Part shown: piece by piece, positions 19,031 through 29,267 of the stretch | Numbering within the stretch: position 1 is the first letter of the stretch | Layout of the letters: each line of letters begins with the position of its first letter | IMG/VR virus record: IMGVR_UViG_3300025603_000008 | DNA length: 64,000 bases | Source: an uncultured virus (IMG/VR IMGVR_UViG_3300025603_000008) | Taxonomy: Duplodnaviria > Heunggongvirae > Uroviricota > Caudoviricetes | Reading direction: 5' to 3' (one strand) | The notes under the pieces: generated by a model | Seen by the model: the letters and a program-made list of their open reading frames with translations, nothing else | Databases searched by the model: none | What the model was told of the DNA's origin: nothing | Position numbers and translations under genes: made by a program

Positions 19031-19264
19031 ATGCCTTATTCAACACTCACACTTACTCCGCGCTACAACGTTAAGGAACATCAAATAATTGATGTGGAAA
19101 AAGTAATTAAAATTACAGTTGATAGCCACAAGCCTCTCACGTGCCATAATAAAAAGCACGAGCGCCCAGAAGAAGTGAATCCGATGAATATCTCCGTGTA
19201 TGACCACGACGTTTTTATCGATGATGAACTGTGCGTGATTATTCACATGCTCACAAAAGGGTAA
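19031..19264 (+). CDS. Hypothetical protein
   Basis: 77 aa ORF after a class A promoter. Confidence 0.55.
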   Translation: MPYSTLTLTPRYNVKEHQIIDVEKVIKITVDSHKPLTCHNKKHERPEEVNPMNISVYDHDVFIDDELCVIIHMLTKG

Positions 19265-19277
19265 AAAAAAAGATGTT

Positions 19278-19553
19278 ATGAATATCCTGGCTCTAAAAGG
19301 TTTTCGAGTTAAAGTCACAGAAAAGACCCGCCATTCAGGCTGGAGTGGCGACAAAAAAAGAGTCGCATCCTATTTAGAGATAGACAAAGAGTACGCAATA
19401 GAACGAACGGAGATTGACAGTTCAAGCTCCACAGTGATACTTCAAGATTTTCCAAATGTTAGATTCAACACAGTTAATTTCGCAGATGTTGACGTTCAGT
19501 CCGAGGAGGATGACGCAAAACACCCCTACGCAGAGCGATGGAATAAGAAATAA
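19278..19553 (+). CDS. Hypothetical protein
   Basis: 91 aa ORF. Confidence 0.6.
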   Translation: MNILALKGFRVKVTEKTRHSGWSGDKKRVASYLEIDKEYAIERTEIDSSSSTVILQDFPNVRFNTVNFADVDVQSEEDDAKHPYAERWNKK

Positions 19554-19590
19554 GTTGTTTTTGTAGCTATTTATTACAAAACCAGTATAA

Positions 19591-21888
19591 ATGGCTGAAG
19601 GTATAATTTACCCAAAGGGAGTCGTCCCTAGAAACAAAGACTTTAGAGAGGCACAGAAGATGCGAGGAGAAGTCTATAATTTCCTAAAAAACACAATGGA
19701 AGAGACTGCAGAGTTTGCTTTCAACACTCTTGGCTATAATCAAAAAGCTGCACCTGCTGGATTTTACGGCGACGGAAACGCTTATGGATATGGCGTAGAT
19801 GAAGGTGCGTACAATGTAAAAGTTGGTTCCAAAACTGACTCGTACCTCGAAAAAAGACTTTCTCTTGGCGGAAAAAGAATTGTCGTTGAAATGCATATGA
19901 CCATCCACCCTGCAACTATGACTGTTGAAATGCATTACAAAAACACAGAAGACGCTGCGTTTCGTGGATTTCAAGAAGGAAAAGGCGGATACATGATTAA
20001 CGAGAAAATAATTATGAATTGCGCCAATATGGATAAGTTTAAAAAAGAAATGACAAAGAAGCTCAAAGAGTTTTCTGAAAAAGAAATAGGATTTATAACC
20101 ATGACAAAACTTGGAAACGAAGACGGCATTGAAAAGTCAACTGCATCTGTGGTTGAAGGATTTACACTGTCAAGCCTCTTTTCTGATGATTTCGAATCAA
20201 CAGAAAAAAAGATTACAGAAAGCTTTAACATAGATGAGACAAAACCGCGTCCAATTGTGAAGCAAGAGCCTGCTGAGTATCATCAAGATACCGAAGGAAA
20301 CACTAGAGCAAACGGGAAACCACGTGTAAAAGTGAAGCAAGAGCCTGCTGAGTACCCGCAAGCTGAACAAAGAGAAGAAAAAGATGACCTCATTTTGGGT
20401 GACAAAATGAATGAATCCGAAGGCGAGCCGTATTCAGCTGAACAGGTAAAAAACACGCTTAACACCCCATACGCTCAAAGCACGTTTTTTGTAACCAATT
20501 ATGGAAATGTTTTATCTCCAAGCGAAGCTTTAGATTGGGACCACGAAGACACGATGGAGTGGATTGTAAAAGGAGAAGCTCACTGGGAAGGTGAACCTAT
20601 GTACTCTGAGTCTGGTGAAGAAATTCCATCTGCTTATGGTGAAGAAGAAGTTTCAGAAATCACATCTGCTGGAGGTGCTGGCGGAGCAGGAGGATTTGCT
20701 TATGATGCTCCCATCAACGCTACAAGAAAAAGAAACATTGCTTCATCAGCACCTTTCGACCAGCCAGTAAACGAAGGAAAAAGCGACACGGTTATGTATA
20801 AAGGTGCAAAAATCGAACCTCTCGATAGAATACCTGGATACAAATGGATGCACACTGATTACTATGACTATGCTCCCGACACAGGGCAATATGGAGCTGG
20901 AGAAGGAGATACAGTTAAAGACTGCATGAGGCAGATTGACGATTTCCTTAAAAGCCAAACCAGTGCTGGAGAACAAATGACAGAATCACAAAAGCGCTTC
21001 AACAACACTCCTTACGCACGAAGTCTTCGTGAGAATCGCAGACCAACAAACCATACCCGCATCATCCCTGAAGGGACTGACGGATTCTGGCAAGTTGTCC
21101 CTCAAGAGACGTTAGACGGTTACAAAAAAAACCACATTATGGGTGCCCCAGGCGCCGAAGGTATAGAAGTAAATTCTGACGAAGAAGAAGAGTATAATTC
21201 TGGAGGAGTTCAAAAGTACCCAGGTGGAAAATCTCATAAGCACGATTTGAAAGAAAGCGAAGACAGAGCTCGTCAAAAATACACAGCTTGGACTTATTTG
21301 AAAAACGCTCAAACTCCAGTTGTGGTAAATGAAATTGCCGAATCAAAAACATTCATTGTGTATGAAAACGCAAACCCAGCAAGCCCAGAAGTAGAGGCTA
21401 ACGGGTATAAGGTAATGGAGGTTCCTCAAGTTCTTGAGCTAATGGAAAACGGAGGATATCATGCAATGCTAGTAGGTGTTCATCAGATTCATCAAGAGTC
21501 TGTAAATGAATCCGTTTCTAAGCGATACACGAGAGTTGGGCTTACGACTCAGACTGAATTAAATGAAAGATGGAAGCGCCTTGCCACAATGAAAGATGCA
21601 GAAACTATTCATGCAGCTGAAAGCGTAATACCTGATTCAAAAGAAATTTTTTTACCAAAAAGAGGAATCACTGAATCAGTCGAAGGCCTAAACTCTCTAT
21701 CAAGAGACGGTGGAATCGAAGAAGGAGAATCAGTTGACGGAAAACTAGTAATTGAGATTGAAAAACCAATGTGCTTAGCACCTGTTTATTACAAAGTATT
21801 CAAAGAGGATTATGAGAACACAGGGAAAGCTTTCCTTTGGGATTTTAATACTGGAATGCTTGTAAACAACCCAGGGTTCAAAATTTAA
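19591..21888 (+). CDS. Large hypothetical protein (putative processed head protein)
   Basis: 765 aa; CTATTTAT at 19567; many INE/ITES/MNES/VNE motifs; repeated VKQEPAEY and NTPYA. Confidence 0.75.
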   Translation: MAEGIIYPKGVVPRNKDFREAQKMRGEVYNFLKNTMEETAEFAFNTLGYNQKAAPAGFYGDGNAYGYGVDEGAYNVKVGSKTDSYLEKRLSLGGKRIVVEMHMTIHPATMTVEMHYKNTEDAAFRGFQEGKGGYMINEKIIMNCANMDKFKKEMTKKLKEFSEKEIGFITMTKLGNEDGIEKSTASVVEGFTLSSLFSDDFESTEKKITESFNIDETKPRPIVKQEPAEYHQDTEGNTRANGKPRVKVKQEPAEYPQAEQREEKDDLILGDKMNESEGEPYSAEQVKNTLNTPYAQSTFFVTNYGNVLSPSEALDWDHEDTMEWIVKGEAHWEGEPMYSESGEEIPSAYGEEEVSEITSAGGAGGAGGFAYDAPINATRKRNIASSAPFDQPVNEGKSDTVMYKGAKIEPLDRIPGYKWMHTDYYDYAPDTGQYGAGEGDTVKDCMRQIDDFLKSQTSAGEQMTESQKRFNNTPYARSLRENRRPTNHTRIIPEGTDGFWQVVPQETLDGYKKNHIMGAPGAEGIEVNSDEEEEYNSGGVQKYPGGKSHKHDLKESEDRARQKYTAWTYLKNAQTPVVVNEIAESKTFIVYENANPASPEVEANGYKVMEVPQVLELMENGGYHAMLVGVHQIHQESVNESVSKRYTRVGLTTQTELNERWKRLATMKDAETIHAAESVIPDSKEIFLPKRGITESVEGLNSLSRDGGIEEGESVDGKLVIEIEKPMCLAPVYYKVFKEDYENTGKAFLWDFNTGMLVNNPGFKI

Positions 21889-21905
21889 TAAACGAAATTA
21901 AGAAC

Positions 21906-21939
21906 AAAAAAAACGCTGCCAATAGGCGGCGTTTTTTTT
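21906..21939 (+). terminator. Intrinsic terminator
   Basis: AAAAAAACGCTGCC-aata-GGCGGCGTTTTTTTT. Confidence 0.8.
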
Positions 21940-21982
21940 GTTTTATGGATAAATCTGATTATTATTATCAAAATAAATTATA

Positions 21983-22504
21983 ATGGCACTTTGTATCACA
22001 CACACAAATAACAATGACGCAACATATCCTATTCAGGTAATGATAAAGTATGGGTCTAAAGATGTTGAAACAATAAACTTAGCCCCTAACCAGGAGTTTT
22101 GGACCGAGTCAAACGCAATGACGTCTTCCCTTCGAGTTTATCAACGAAAAGCATTAATCAAAATTACTCAAGACGATGGAAAAATAGGGATGACATTTCT
22201 GACTCCGTATACCATTGGAGATAAAACCGAAAAACTAAAACAAGACCACGTTGCTATAGAAGCTCAGGAAAAACCCAAGCCTAACGAAACGTCTATATCA
22301 TCAATTCTTGGTAAAGCATCACAAAAAGTAGAGGAGTATACCAAAAGCGATTTAAAGACTGGAAAATGGGACGAAGAAGAACTTTCTTATCTCAAAAAAC
22401 ATTATCCAAAAAATGGAGCTAAGTATGTGGCGGAAAAACTTAATCGAGGAGAAAAAAGCGTAAGTAAGAAAGCTGAGGCTTTGAAAATTAAGAGAAAAAG
22501 ATAA
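21983..22504 (+). CDS. Protein with C-terminal Myb/HTH-like DNA-binding domain
   Basis: GKWDEEELSYLKKHYP..AKYVAEKLNRGEKSVSKKA. Confidence 0.6.
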   Translation: MALCITHTNNNDATYPIQVMIKYGSKDVETINLAPNQEFWTESNAMTSSLRVYQRKALIKITQDDGKIGMTFLTPYTIGDKTEKLKQDHVAIEAQEKPKPNETSISSILGKASQKVEEYTKSDLKTGKWDEEELSYLKKHYPKNGAKYVAEKLNRGEKSVSKKAEALKIKRKR

Positions 22505-22794
22505 TGCTTTCTCTTTCTCAAGAAGTCCATCGCCTTAAGTACATCAGCTGCAAGTGGAGATTTTTCAAAGACCTCTTTACTAAAGTCACTAAATGCTGGT
22601 ACGTGAAAAACATAGAACTTGACGAAGTCAACAATGTCGGAACGTTTAAAAAAGTATATAAAATAGGTGGTATAAAGCTGGAAAGCAAAGTCTTAATGGA
22701 AGCAATTTGGGAAGAAGAGGTTTTAGAGAACGATAAGATGAAAATAACTGTTTATGTCCAAGAGTCAAAACCTAACAAAGAGGCAGAAGTATAA
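22504..22794 (+). CDS. Hypothetical protein
   Basis: 96 aa coupled ORF. Confidence 0.55.
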   Translation: MLSLSQEVHRLKYISCKWRFFKDLFTKVTKCWYVKNIELDEVNNVGTFKKVYKIGGIKLESKVLMEAIWEEEVLENDKMKITVYVQESKPNKEAEV

Positions 22795-23551
22795 TCTGTC
22801 TTTTTTCTTCCCAAAATACTACAAAGAAGAGGAAGCTGTTGTTATTATAGAACGCATCAGTGAGCTTGGGTCCAGAATTGGTTTTATAGGCAATCAAGGC
22901 GACGACAATCGACGCGAACATAAATATGACACGTGGATAGCTAAAATAGTAAAAGACCACCTTAAACAGCTCTTTAAACAAGACCAGCCATTAAACTTAG
23001 ATATTTTAGATAAGGAACTGGAATTTCAATCTATTATGGACTGGATGATTGACGAAAAAATTGACGCATTTAAGTATAACTTTAAACAGGCGTTTCTTGC
23101 ACAAGAGGCATGGCATCAAGAAATTGCTATGCGGATGCAGATTGAGAAGATAGATAGCCCAGACCTAGACCCTGAAAGAATTGTGTATAGATGCAAAAAC
23201 CAAGAGCATTTTTTTTACATACTAGACCCAAGAGAGCTGAAGTTTGAAGGAACCCACATGGGACACTGTGTTGGTGCTATGGGATACCAGCAAAAAATAA
23301 AAAATGACCACTCAATCATTGTGTCTCTTCGAGATAAAAACAACAAGCCACACGTTACAACTGAAATTTTACTAAGAAAAAATAATGGTGTTTCCATTAG
23401 TGGAATGGTGGCTCAGTGTCAAGGAAAAATGCATGAAGGTTCAAGAATGCCTAGTCCACACTATCTAGAGATGATACAAGAGTTCGTTTTATTTGCTTCT
23501 GATTTTTACTCCGATGAAACAATGAGCTTCATGAACAAACAATACTTCTGA
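22754..23551 (+). CDS. PcfJ-like domain protein
   Basis: ELKFEGTHMGHCVG..IVSLRDKNNKPHVTTEI..QCQGK. Confidence 0.7.
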   Translation: MSKSQNLTKRQKYNLSFFFPKYYKEEEAVVIIERISELGSRIGFIGNQGDDNRREHKYDTWIAKIVKDHLKQLFKQDQPLNLDILDKELEFQSIMDWMIDEKIDAFKYNFKQAFLAQEAWHQEIAMRMQIEKIDSPDLDPERIVYRCKNQEHFFYILDPRELKFEGTHMGHCVGAMGYQQKIKNDHSIIVSLRDKNNKPHVTTEILLRKNNGVSISGMVAQCQGKMHEGSRMPSPHYLEMIQEFVLFASDFYSDETMSFMNKQYF

Positions 23552-23639
23552 TGAACTAGCAAAAATCCTGTTTGATAGAATATAGAATTAATGTTTAGCA
23601 ATTTCTTCTCTTGAGCTATTTATGATAAAGCTCTAAAAA

Positions 23640-24539
23640 ATGCCATCTGGCTGCACCATATACAACATATACCCACAAGACACGCCTAACGAAGGAAGGA
23701 ATAAAATTAACGACAATTTTATGTGCCTGGCCACAGGAAGTGTTACTGGGTTTTCAGGTAGTTTTTTCACTAACTCAGACCCCACAACGATTGATGCAGG
23801 TGGTATTGATGCAGGAACAACATTCGGGGGAAATTTCGATGTTCAACAAATGTTCGACCTTCTGTTGTACCCCTTTCAACATCCTGCTTTTTCAGCATTT
23901 GAAATAGATAGCCAAGCGGTGGTTGTAGAGGCGGGAGTGTCTATATCAGGAACAAAAACATTCACTTGGACCACAACTAACTCTGCTAACGTACTAGGAA
24001 ATACGTTATTAATCGTGGACACAACCAACACAGCCACACTTGGTTCATCTTTAGCTGATGACAGCACAGAAAACTTGGCACTAGGAGCAACGATTCAGAA
24101 AACAACTCCTGGGTCTCACGAATGGACAATAAAAGGAACAGATTCAGAGAGTGTAGATTTTTCAAAAACATTTACAATGGAGTGGAGATGGAAGATGTAT
24201 TACGGAACCTCAACAAACACAGCTTTAAACGAAACGCAAATTGAAGCTCTTTCAGAGGATTCTTTAGTTGTTTCAATTGCTGGCACATGGACACTTGCTG
24301 CTGGTGGATATAAATACTTCTGTGTACCTGACTCATTTGATGCAATAAACACAATCAAAGATGACCAAACAGGGTTCAACTTGGTAATGGCAGGCACAGC
24401 AGAGGGGTATGCAAGTTCTGAAAATGGATTCCACTATAAAACCGTATCCGTGACTAACGGGAACTCTCAAACAACAAATTACAGGATATATAGGACTAAG
24501 AATATTCTAGGCGCGGCAATTGATATAACGATTACATAA
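23640..24539 (+). CDS. Putative structural protein (Thr/Ser-rich, beta-rich)
   Basis: 299 aa; CTATTTAT at 23616; GRNKINDNF N-terminus; first gene of a structural-looking run. Confidence 0.65.
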   Translation: MPSGCTIYNIYPQDTPNEGRNKINDNFMCLATGSVTGFSGSFFTNSDPTTIDAGGIDAGTTFGGNFDVQQMFDLLLYPFQHPAFSAFEIDSQAVVVEAGVSISGTKTFTWTTTNSANVLGNTLLIVDTTNTATLGSSLADDSTENLALGATIQKTTPGSHEWTIKGTDSESVDFSKTFTMEWRWKMYYGTSTNTALNETQIEALSEDSLVVSIAGTWTLAAGGYKYFCVPDSFDAINTIKDDQTGFNLVMAGTAEGYASSENGFHYKTVSVTNGNSQTTNYRIYRTKNILGAAIDITIT

Positions 24540-25978
24540 TGGGAGCAATACCAGGAAGTGTTAGAGTAACAGGGTTTATAGCCCCTACGGACAGTGAGGA
24601 TACTTATCCAGTAACCGACACAATTTATGGCGTTGATGGATTAAGAAATTTCTCAGGAGACAGTTCTGTCCTCTCTGGAATTACAGTTCAAAGACGTAGA
24701 GCTGGTATGATTGCTGGAACCATTTCTAATGGTGTCCGAATGTATTATAGACTTAATTCGACGCCCTGGGACTACACTTCAAGTGATTGGGCGCAGTTAA
24801 CGCTATATGATTACACAGGGCAAACAAACTTTACAAGTGTTGAGTCTGCATATTGGAAATCTGGGTCCACAGCCACATCGTTGCTAACAATCCAGGGAGA
24901 TAATACAGCAACAAGCCCATATTCATTTGTGGGTGGAGGTAGTGGGAATACTGCTTCAGCCTTATACTCATCAGCTGGAGGACTCTCAAACACAGCCTCT
25001 GGAAACTCTCAAGTGGTTATTGGCCGATATGCGCAGCCACAAGGGACTAATTCTTTTACAGCAACTGACTACGGGATGATTCTTGGGGGAGGAACAGGAG
25101 CGGGCGAACGAGCCAACGCTGCGGCAATCACTTGGGAAGGTATGATTCAAATGCGAGGATTTTCTGGAGCAACGCTTCCCTCAACAAACACTTCTGACGG
25201 AGCCATAGCGTATTCTGCAAACACAGGCCTTTTTCAATATATAAATGGAGCATGGACTGGGCTCACATCAGGAGGTGGAAATAAAAGCTGGCAAGAAACC
25301 ATTATTCAAAACAACATAGTAACTGAGGGCTCTCCAACAATTTCTGGCGAATCCCTAACTTTTAGAACATCTTCTGGCGCCCGTGATTGGTGCGTTCGCG
25401 CTGATTCAGACGACATCTTCATGATTACAGGAGATACTTATGGAGCTCTTAGATATGTTGGGAAAACACTTGACATCCTTAGAGAAGATGGCGTATTCTT
25501 TAAATCAGGAAGTCAAACAAACGGAAATGGTTTTATATCAGCTTACAATGGAACACGAATGGCTGGGCTCGACTTTAGTTCATTACTCACAGCTGATAGA
25601 AACTGGAGTCTTCCAGATGCTTCTGGGACAATAGCGCTAGTATCTCAATTAACAGGAAACACAGGTGGAGCACCACAGACTCTTGCATTCAACACGACCA
25701 CTATTTGGAATTTAGAGTTCGGACATAATGCTTTCTTAATCCTTACTGCAGATACCACTTTAAATGTAAGTAACGTATCTGCAGGAGACTACGGCACCCT
25801 TCTAGTGAAGCAAGATGCTTCAGGCGGACACGCCTTAGCTCCTCCAGGGAGCTCAGCTGTTGTTAATGGAGCAGGAGGGTTGCTTAACATCACTTCAAAT
25901 AGCGGTAGTGAAGATATTGTTACATTCTACTACACAGGAACCAAATACTACTGGACCATAGGTGGAGATTATACTTAA
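24539..25978 (+). CDS. Putative tail fibre/structural protein
   Basis: Gly/Ser/Thr-rich with GxxNTAS repeats; RNWSLPDASGTIAL. Confidence 0.65.
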   Translation: MGAIPGSVRVTGFIAPTDSEDTYPVTDTIYGVDGLRNFSGDSSVLSGITVQRRRAGMIAGTISNGVRMYYRLNSTPWDYTSSDWAQLTLYDYTGQTNFTSVESAYWKSGSTATSLLTIQGDNTATSPYSFVGGGSGNTASALYSSAGGLSNTASGNSQVVIGRYAQPQGTNSFTATDYGMILGGGTGAGERANAAAITWEGMIQMRGFSGATLPSTNTSDGAIAYSANTGLFQYINGAWTGLTSGGGNKSWQETIIQNNIVTEGSPTISGESLTFRTSSGARDWCVRADSDDIFMITGDTYGALRYVGKTLDILREDGVFFKSGSQTNGNGFISAYNGTRMAGLDFSSLLTADRNWSLPDASGTIALVSQLTGNTGGAPQTLAFNTTTIWNLEFGHNAFLILTADTTLNVSNVSAGDYGTLLVKQDASGGHALAPPGSSAVVNGAGGLLNITSNSGSEDIVTFYYTGTKYYWTIGGDYT

Positions 25979-25984
25979 TAACAC

Positions 25985-27523
25985 ATGTTCAATAGCTTTT
26001 CATTTTCACAAGGACAGTCGTCTAAACGTATTGGCTTCACTTATTCAGGTGAGGCAATATATTACAGGGTTAATAACAATTTGTTTTCTACAAACAGAAG
26101 AAGTAGAACAGAGTTTTCAACACTGGGATATGCCGTTGCTGGGGACGATGTAGACCTCCGACCCACAACAACTGGATACACAGGAGCAATCGTGTTTGAC
26201 AGAGACAACATGATGCAAGATATTTTTTGGACTACAACTGGAGCAACAGATAGCTTAATCGGAACTTTTGATTTATCTTCTCAATCACAACTAAGGGGTA
26301 GTGTTCAAATTGCTGGACACCATAATCTTACAAAGATAATTTTTCCTAGTGATGTAAATCCAGTAGATAAATCAAATAGTGCAATAACAACTTTTTCTGT
26401 TTTTGCAAACGATTTGAGAAACTTAGACATATCTGGTTTTCACAATATAGGTGAAGACTCAGACAATAGCTTTGTTAGAGTTAGGACAAATTTTAATTTA
26501 ACCGCTGTCACATGGCCAAGCACAATTTACCGCGTTTCTTTATCTATACGTGATACAATGTTAACAAATGAAAATTTAAGCCCCTTTTCCGCTCTTACAG
26601 CGCTTGATGCATATCCGCTGTCGACACTATCTGCAATAACATTTCCAACGAATATAATCAGCGCAGCTACAGGGGTTTGGCAATTTCAGTCTACAAAGTT
26701 AACCGATTTAGACATGAGCGTAATGGGACCCAATTTTGGCGGCTCTATCAACTTATTTGGAAATACGTCACTCACCGCAGTAACTTTTCCGAGCTGTTCA
26801 AATAGTGTAAGCACAGTGTTTATGCAATCAAACGGATATAATGCCACTGACACAGTCGACCTAAGCCCTATGAGTGGGATAGCAGGAAGTATAACCATTA
26901 GAAACCAGTCAAACGGAAGTGTATTATTTGGACCATCCTCTAGGTCTATTGTTTTAATGTCTTTAAATAGTAACTCAAATTTACAAGATTTAGATTTCTC
27001 TATGCTCAGTAATGTTAATACTGATTTTAGGATTAACAACAACAGTGTCTTATCTGGGATGACATTAGGAGGTTGGAGCAACAGTATTTCTTTATTTCAA
27101 GTGTTCTCAAACCCTCTTTTAGCAACCTTAGACATTTCTAACGTTACTGGGTTAAGAGGGTTTATCAGGCTTCATTCAAACGCCTCCTTAACTGCCACAA
27201 CACTTCCTACCATAGCAAACACAGTGACAAACCTCGAATTATATAACTGCCCTGAGCATGGATATTTAGATATGAAGCCAATATCAGGAAGTTCAAGCAA
27301 CGATATTACTCTCCAGTTTGATGACAACTCGAATTGGGATGAAACAGTGTCAAATCACATACTTCACGACCTTGATAACTTCGGGTGGACTGGAGGTTCT
27401 TTATCTATGTCAGGCACAACAAGTGGGTATGATACATCTAGTGGTGGCATTAATGGGTTTAGTCATTATCAAAGTTTAACGGGAAAATCTTGGACCATTA
27501 TAATGAGCGGTTTAACAAGCTAA
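25985..27523 (+). CDS. Leucine-rich-repeat-like structural/receptor-binding protein
   Basis: Repeated LTAVT(W/F)P and LDxS units. Confidence 0.6.
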   Translation: MFNSFSFSQGQSSKRIGFTYSGEAIYYRVNNNLFSTNRRSRTEFSTLGYAVAGDDVDLRPTTTGYTGAIVFDRDNMMQDIFWTTTGATDSLIGTFDLSSQSQLRGSVQIAGHHNLTKIIFPSDVNPVDKSNSAITTFSVFANDLRNLDISGFHNIGEDSDNSFVRVRTNFNLTAVTWPSTIYRVSLSIRDTMLTNENLSPFSALTALDAYPLSTLSAITFPTNIISAATGVWQFQSTKLTDLDMSVMGPNFGGSINLFGNTSLTAVTFPSCSNSVSTVFMQSNGYNATDTVDLSPMSGIAGSITIRNQSNGSVLFGPSSRSIVLMSLNSNSNLQDLDFSMLSNVNTDFRINNNSVLSGMTLGGWSNSISLFQVFSNPLLATLDISNVTGLRGFIRLHSNASLTATTLPTIANTVTNLELYNCPEHGYLDMKPISGSSSNDITLQFDDNSNWDETVSNHILHDLDNFGWTGGSLSMSGTTSGYDTSSGGINGFSHYQSLTGKSWTIIMSGLTS

Positions 27524-27537
27524 CACTATTTATAGAT

Positions 27538-28284
27538 ATGGAACTCAAATTAAAAAAAATAGATTGGAGATTACCTCCACACGAACTTAAAGCTAATATT
27601 GATGGCAATTTCACACAACTTACTTTTGCTTTCAAATCTCTGCTAAAAGAGCTAGATTCTAATGCTTCTAAGCTAAAGTGTGAAGATGATAACTTCGTGG
27701 TTTCTGAGCCAAAAGGAGAGAGTCTTACTTATGGTTTAAAACTGAACCACAAGCTTAATATAACTAACATAGAAGGAGATGAAGCTAGTTTTAAAAAAAT
27801 TGATTCACTTCTATTAAAGACTTCCTCAATAGAGGCGGGCTTGATTAAGTCTGATTCGAAAGAGCTTTCCATCGATGGAACTCTAAATTACAACAAAGAG
27901 CACGCTGCTGTTACTTTAGGGGTAGAACACGAGTTCACAACTGGACCTTACCAGAAAACAAGGCTTAGAATAGCTCCGAAAAAAGATACGCCTGCATATC
28001 ACAGTTTAGTAATACAATCAAAAGCAGGAGAAAAAAAGAATGCTTTTCAAGATTCAACCACACACTTGGTTGTAAAAGGCGATGGCAGTGTCGGCATAGG
28101 AGCCTTTCATAAGCTAGGCGCCAAGCTAACATTAAGCGGAGAAGGCCCTCTTCTTTGTCTAAGAGACTCAACAACTCCAACGTCAAAAGACAAGTCTCCA
28201 ATCGGAACATTTGCTTGGGATGATGTTTTCTTCTACATCAAAACAAATACAGGATGGAAGAAAACTAAGCTTGACAATCTGTAA
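27538..28284 (+). CDS. Putative structural protein
   Basis: CTATTTAT at 27526; GDGSVGIG..AKL and GTFAWDD.FFYIKT..GWK fibre-type motifs. Confidence 0.6.
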   Translation: MELKLKKIDWRLPPHELKANIDGNFTQLTFAFKSLLKELDSNASKLKCEDDNFVVSEPKGESLTYGLKLNHKLNITNIEGDEASFKKIDSLLLKTSSIEAGLIKSDSKELSIDGTLNYNKEHAAVTLGVEHEFTTGPYQKTRLRIAPKKDTPAYHSLVIQSKAGEKKNAFQDSTTHLVVKGDGSVGIGAFHKLGAKLTLSGEGPLLCLRDSTTPTSKDKSPIGTFAWDDVFFYIKTNTGWKKTKLDNL

Positions 28285-28314
28285 TTCTCTTATCATTTTT
28301 AGTAAAACACAATC

Positions 28315-28494
28315 ATGACAGCAAACGACGCAATTATCAACTTGGTAAATTACCTTGAGATGGCTCAATCCAGAGGGACTTACACCCTTCGAGAAGCAAG
28401 AGAAATCGCGAACACTATAGACTTTCTGGCGCAGCCACTTCCTGAAGCAAAAAAAAGTCAGAACTCTGGCGAGCCTGACTTAAAAGTTGATTAA
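28315..28494 (+). CDS. Small hypothetical protein (59 aa; not in ORF track)
   Basis: MTANDAIINLVNYLEMAQSRGTYTLREA...KVD*. Confidence 0.6.
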   Translation: MTANDAIINLVNYLEMAQSRGTYTLREAREIANTIDFLAQPLPEAKKSQNSGEPDLKVD

Positions 28495-28508
28495 AATTCT
28501 TTACTCTA

Positions 28509-28868
28509 CTAAGTATCTAAGGAGGAGATAAATTTTCTAATTAAACCCTTAGCTTTCTTCGTTGAAATATTTTCGTAGTCATCACTTGATTTAAACTCAC
28601 TGTGCCCCTCGCTAATTAGTTCGTCTACAACCATGATTTCAAATGTTTCATTTGTAAGGTCATAAAGCACGGAGTCTTCTTCGCGTGATTTAAAACTTTT
28701 TTGCTCAAAATCTTCAACAGTCATCCCTTCTTTATTAGCTTCGTCACTCTTTTGTTCCTCATAGGATTCACTCAAATGCTTAAATGAATCGTTTTGAAGC
28801 GACTTTAGATTGACCCCCTCGGAAAGTCCGAGCAGCTCCATGTTGCGTTGTTTGGTTGACTTATTCAT
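28509..28868 (-). CDS. Hypothetical protein (putative late)
   Basis: 119 aa; CTATTTAT on minus at 28886-28893; RNMELLGLSE. Confidence 0.65.
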   Translation of the reverse strand: MNKSTKQRNMELLGLSEGVNLKSLQNDSFKHLSESYEEQKSDEANKEGMTVEDFEQKSFKSREEDSVLYDLTNETFEIMVVDELISEGHSEFKSSDDYENISTKKAKGLIRKFISSLDT

Positions 28869-28928
28869 AGCCGTTGTTGTTTCCTATAAATAGGCGAGAA
28901 AAACACCTATCAATAAGCGTTTATATTG

Positions 28929-29237
28929 CTAAATAAATCCTTCGGATTTAAGCCTTGCAGCGATGCCTGACAACTTGGATTGAACTCCCTCCATTTTATC
29001 GTCTTGTTCTGTACCTTTAACATTTTTCTTTTCCTCTTCGTGAAGATTTATCCCTATTTCAGAAAAAACAGTCTTGATGATTTTAAAGCTTGCGGCTTGC
29101 AAGCGAATTTTGTTTTCTTCTTCTTGATATTCTGAAGTCTCACCGTGCCATGTTGCAATTTGGAAATATATTTTCCCAACCAGTTCTTCTATATTTATCT
29201 CTTGTTTTGCCATCTTTACATTTTCTTGTTGTGCCAC
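28929..29237 (-). CDS. Hypothetical protein
   Basis: 102 aa ORF. Confidence 0.6.
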   Translation of the reverse strand: MAQQENVKMAKQEINIEELVGKIYFQIATWHGETSEYQEEENKIRLQAASFKIIKTVFSEIGINLHEEEKKNVKGTEQDDKMEGVQSKLSGIAARLKSEGFI

Positions 29238-29267
29238 TATAATAATTTAATAAAATGAGAAAATCAA

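Noticed and set aside
20257..20356. Direct repeat GTGAAGCAAGAGCCTGCTGAGTA as a DGR template/variable pair
   Set aside because: In-frame peptide duplication (VKQEPAEY) with no adenine-specific variation and no reverse transcriptase
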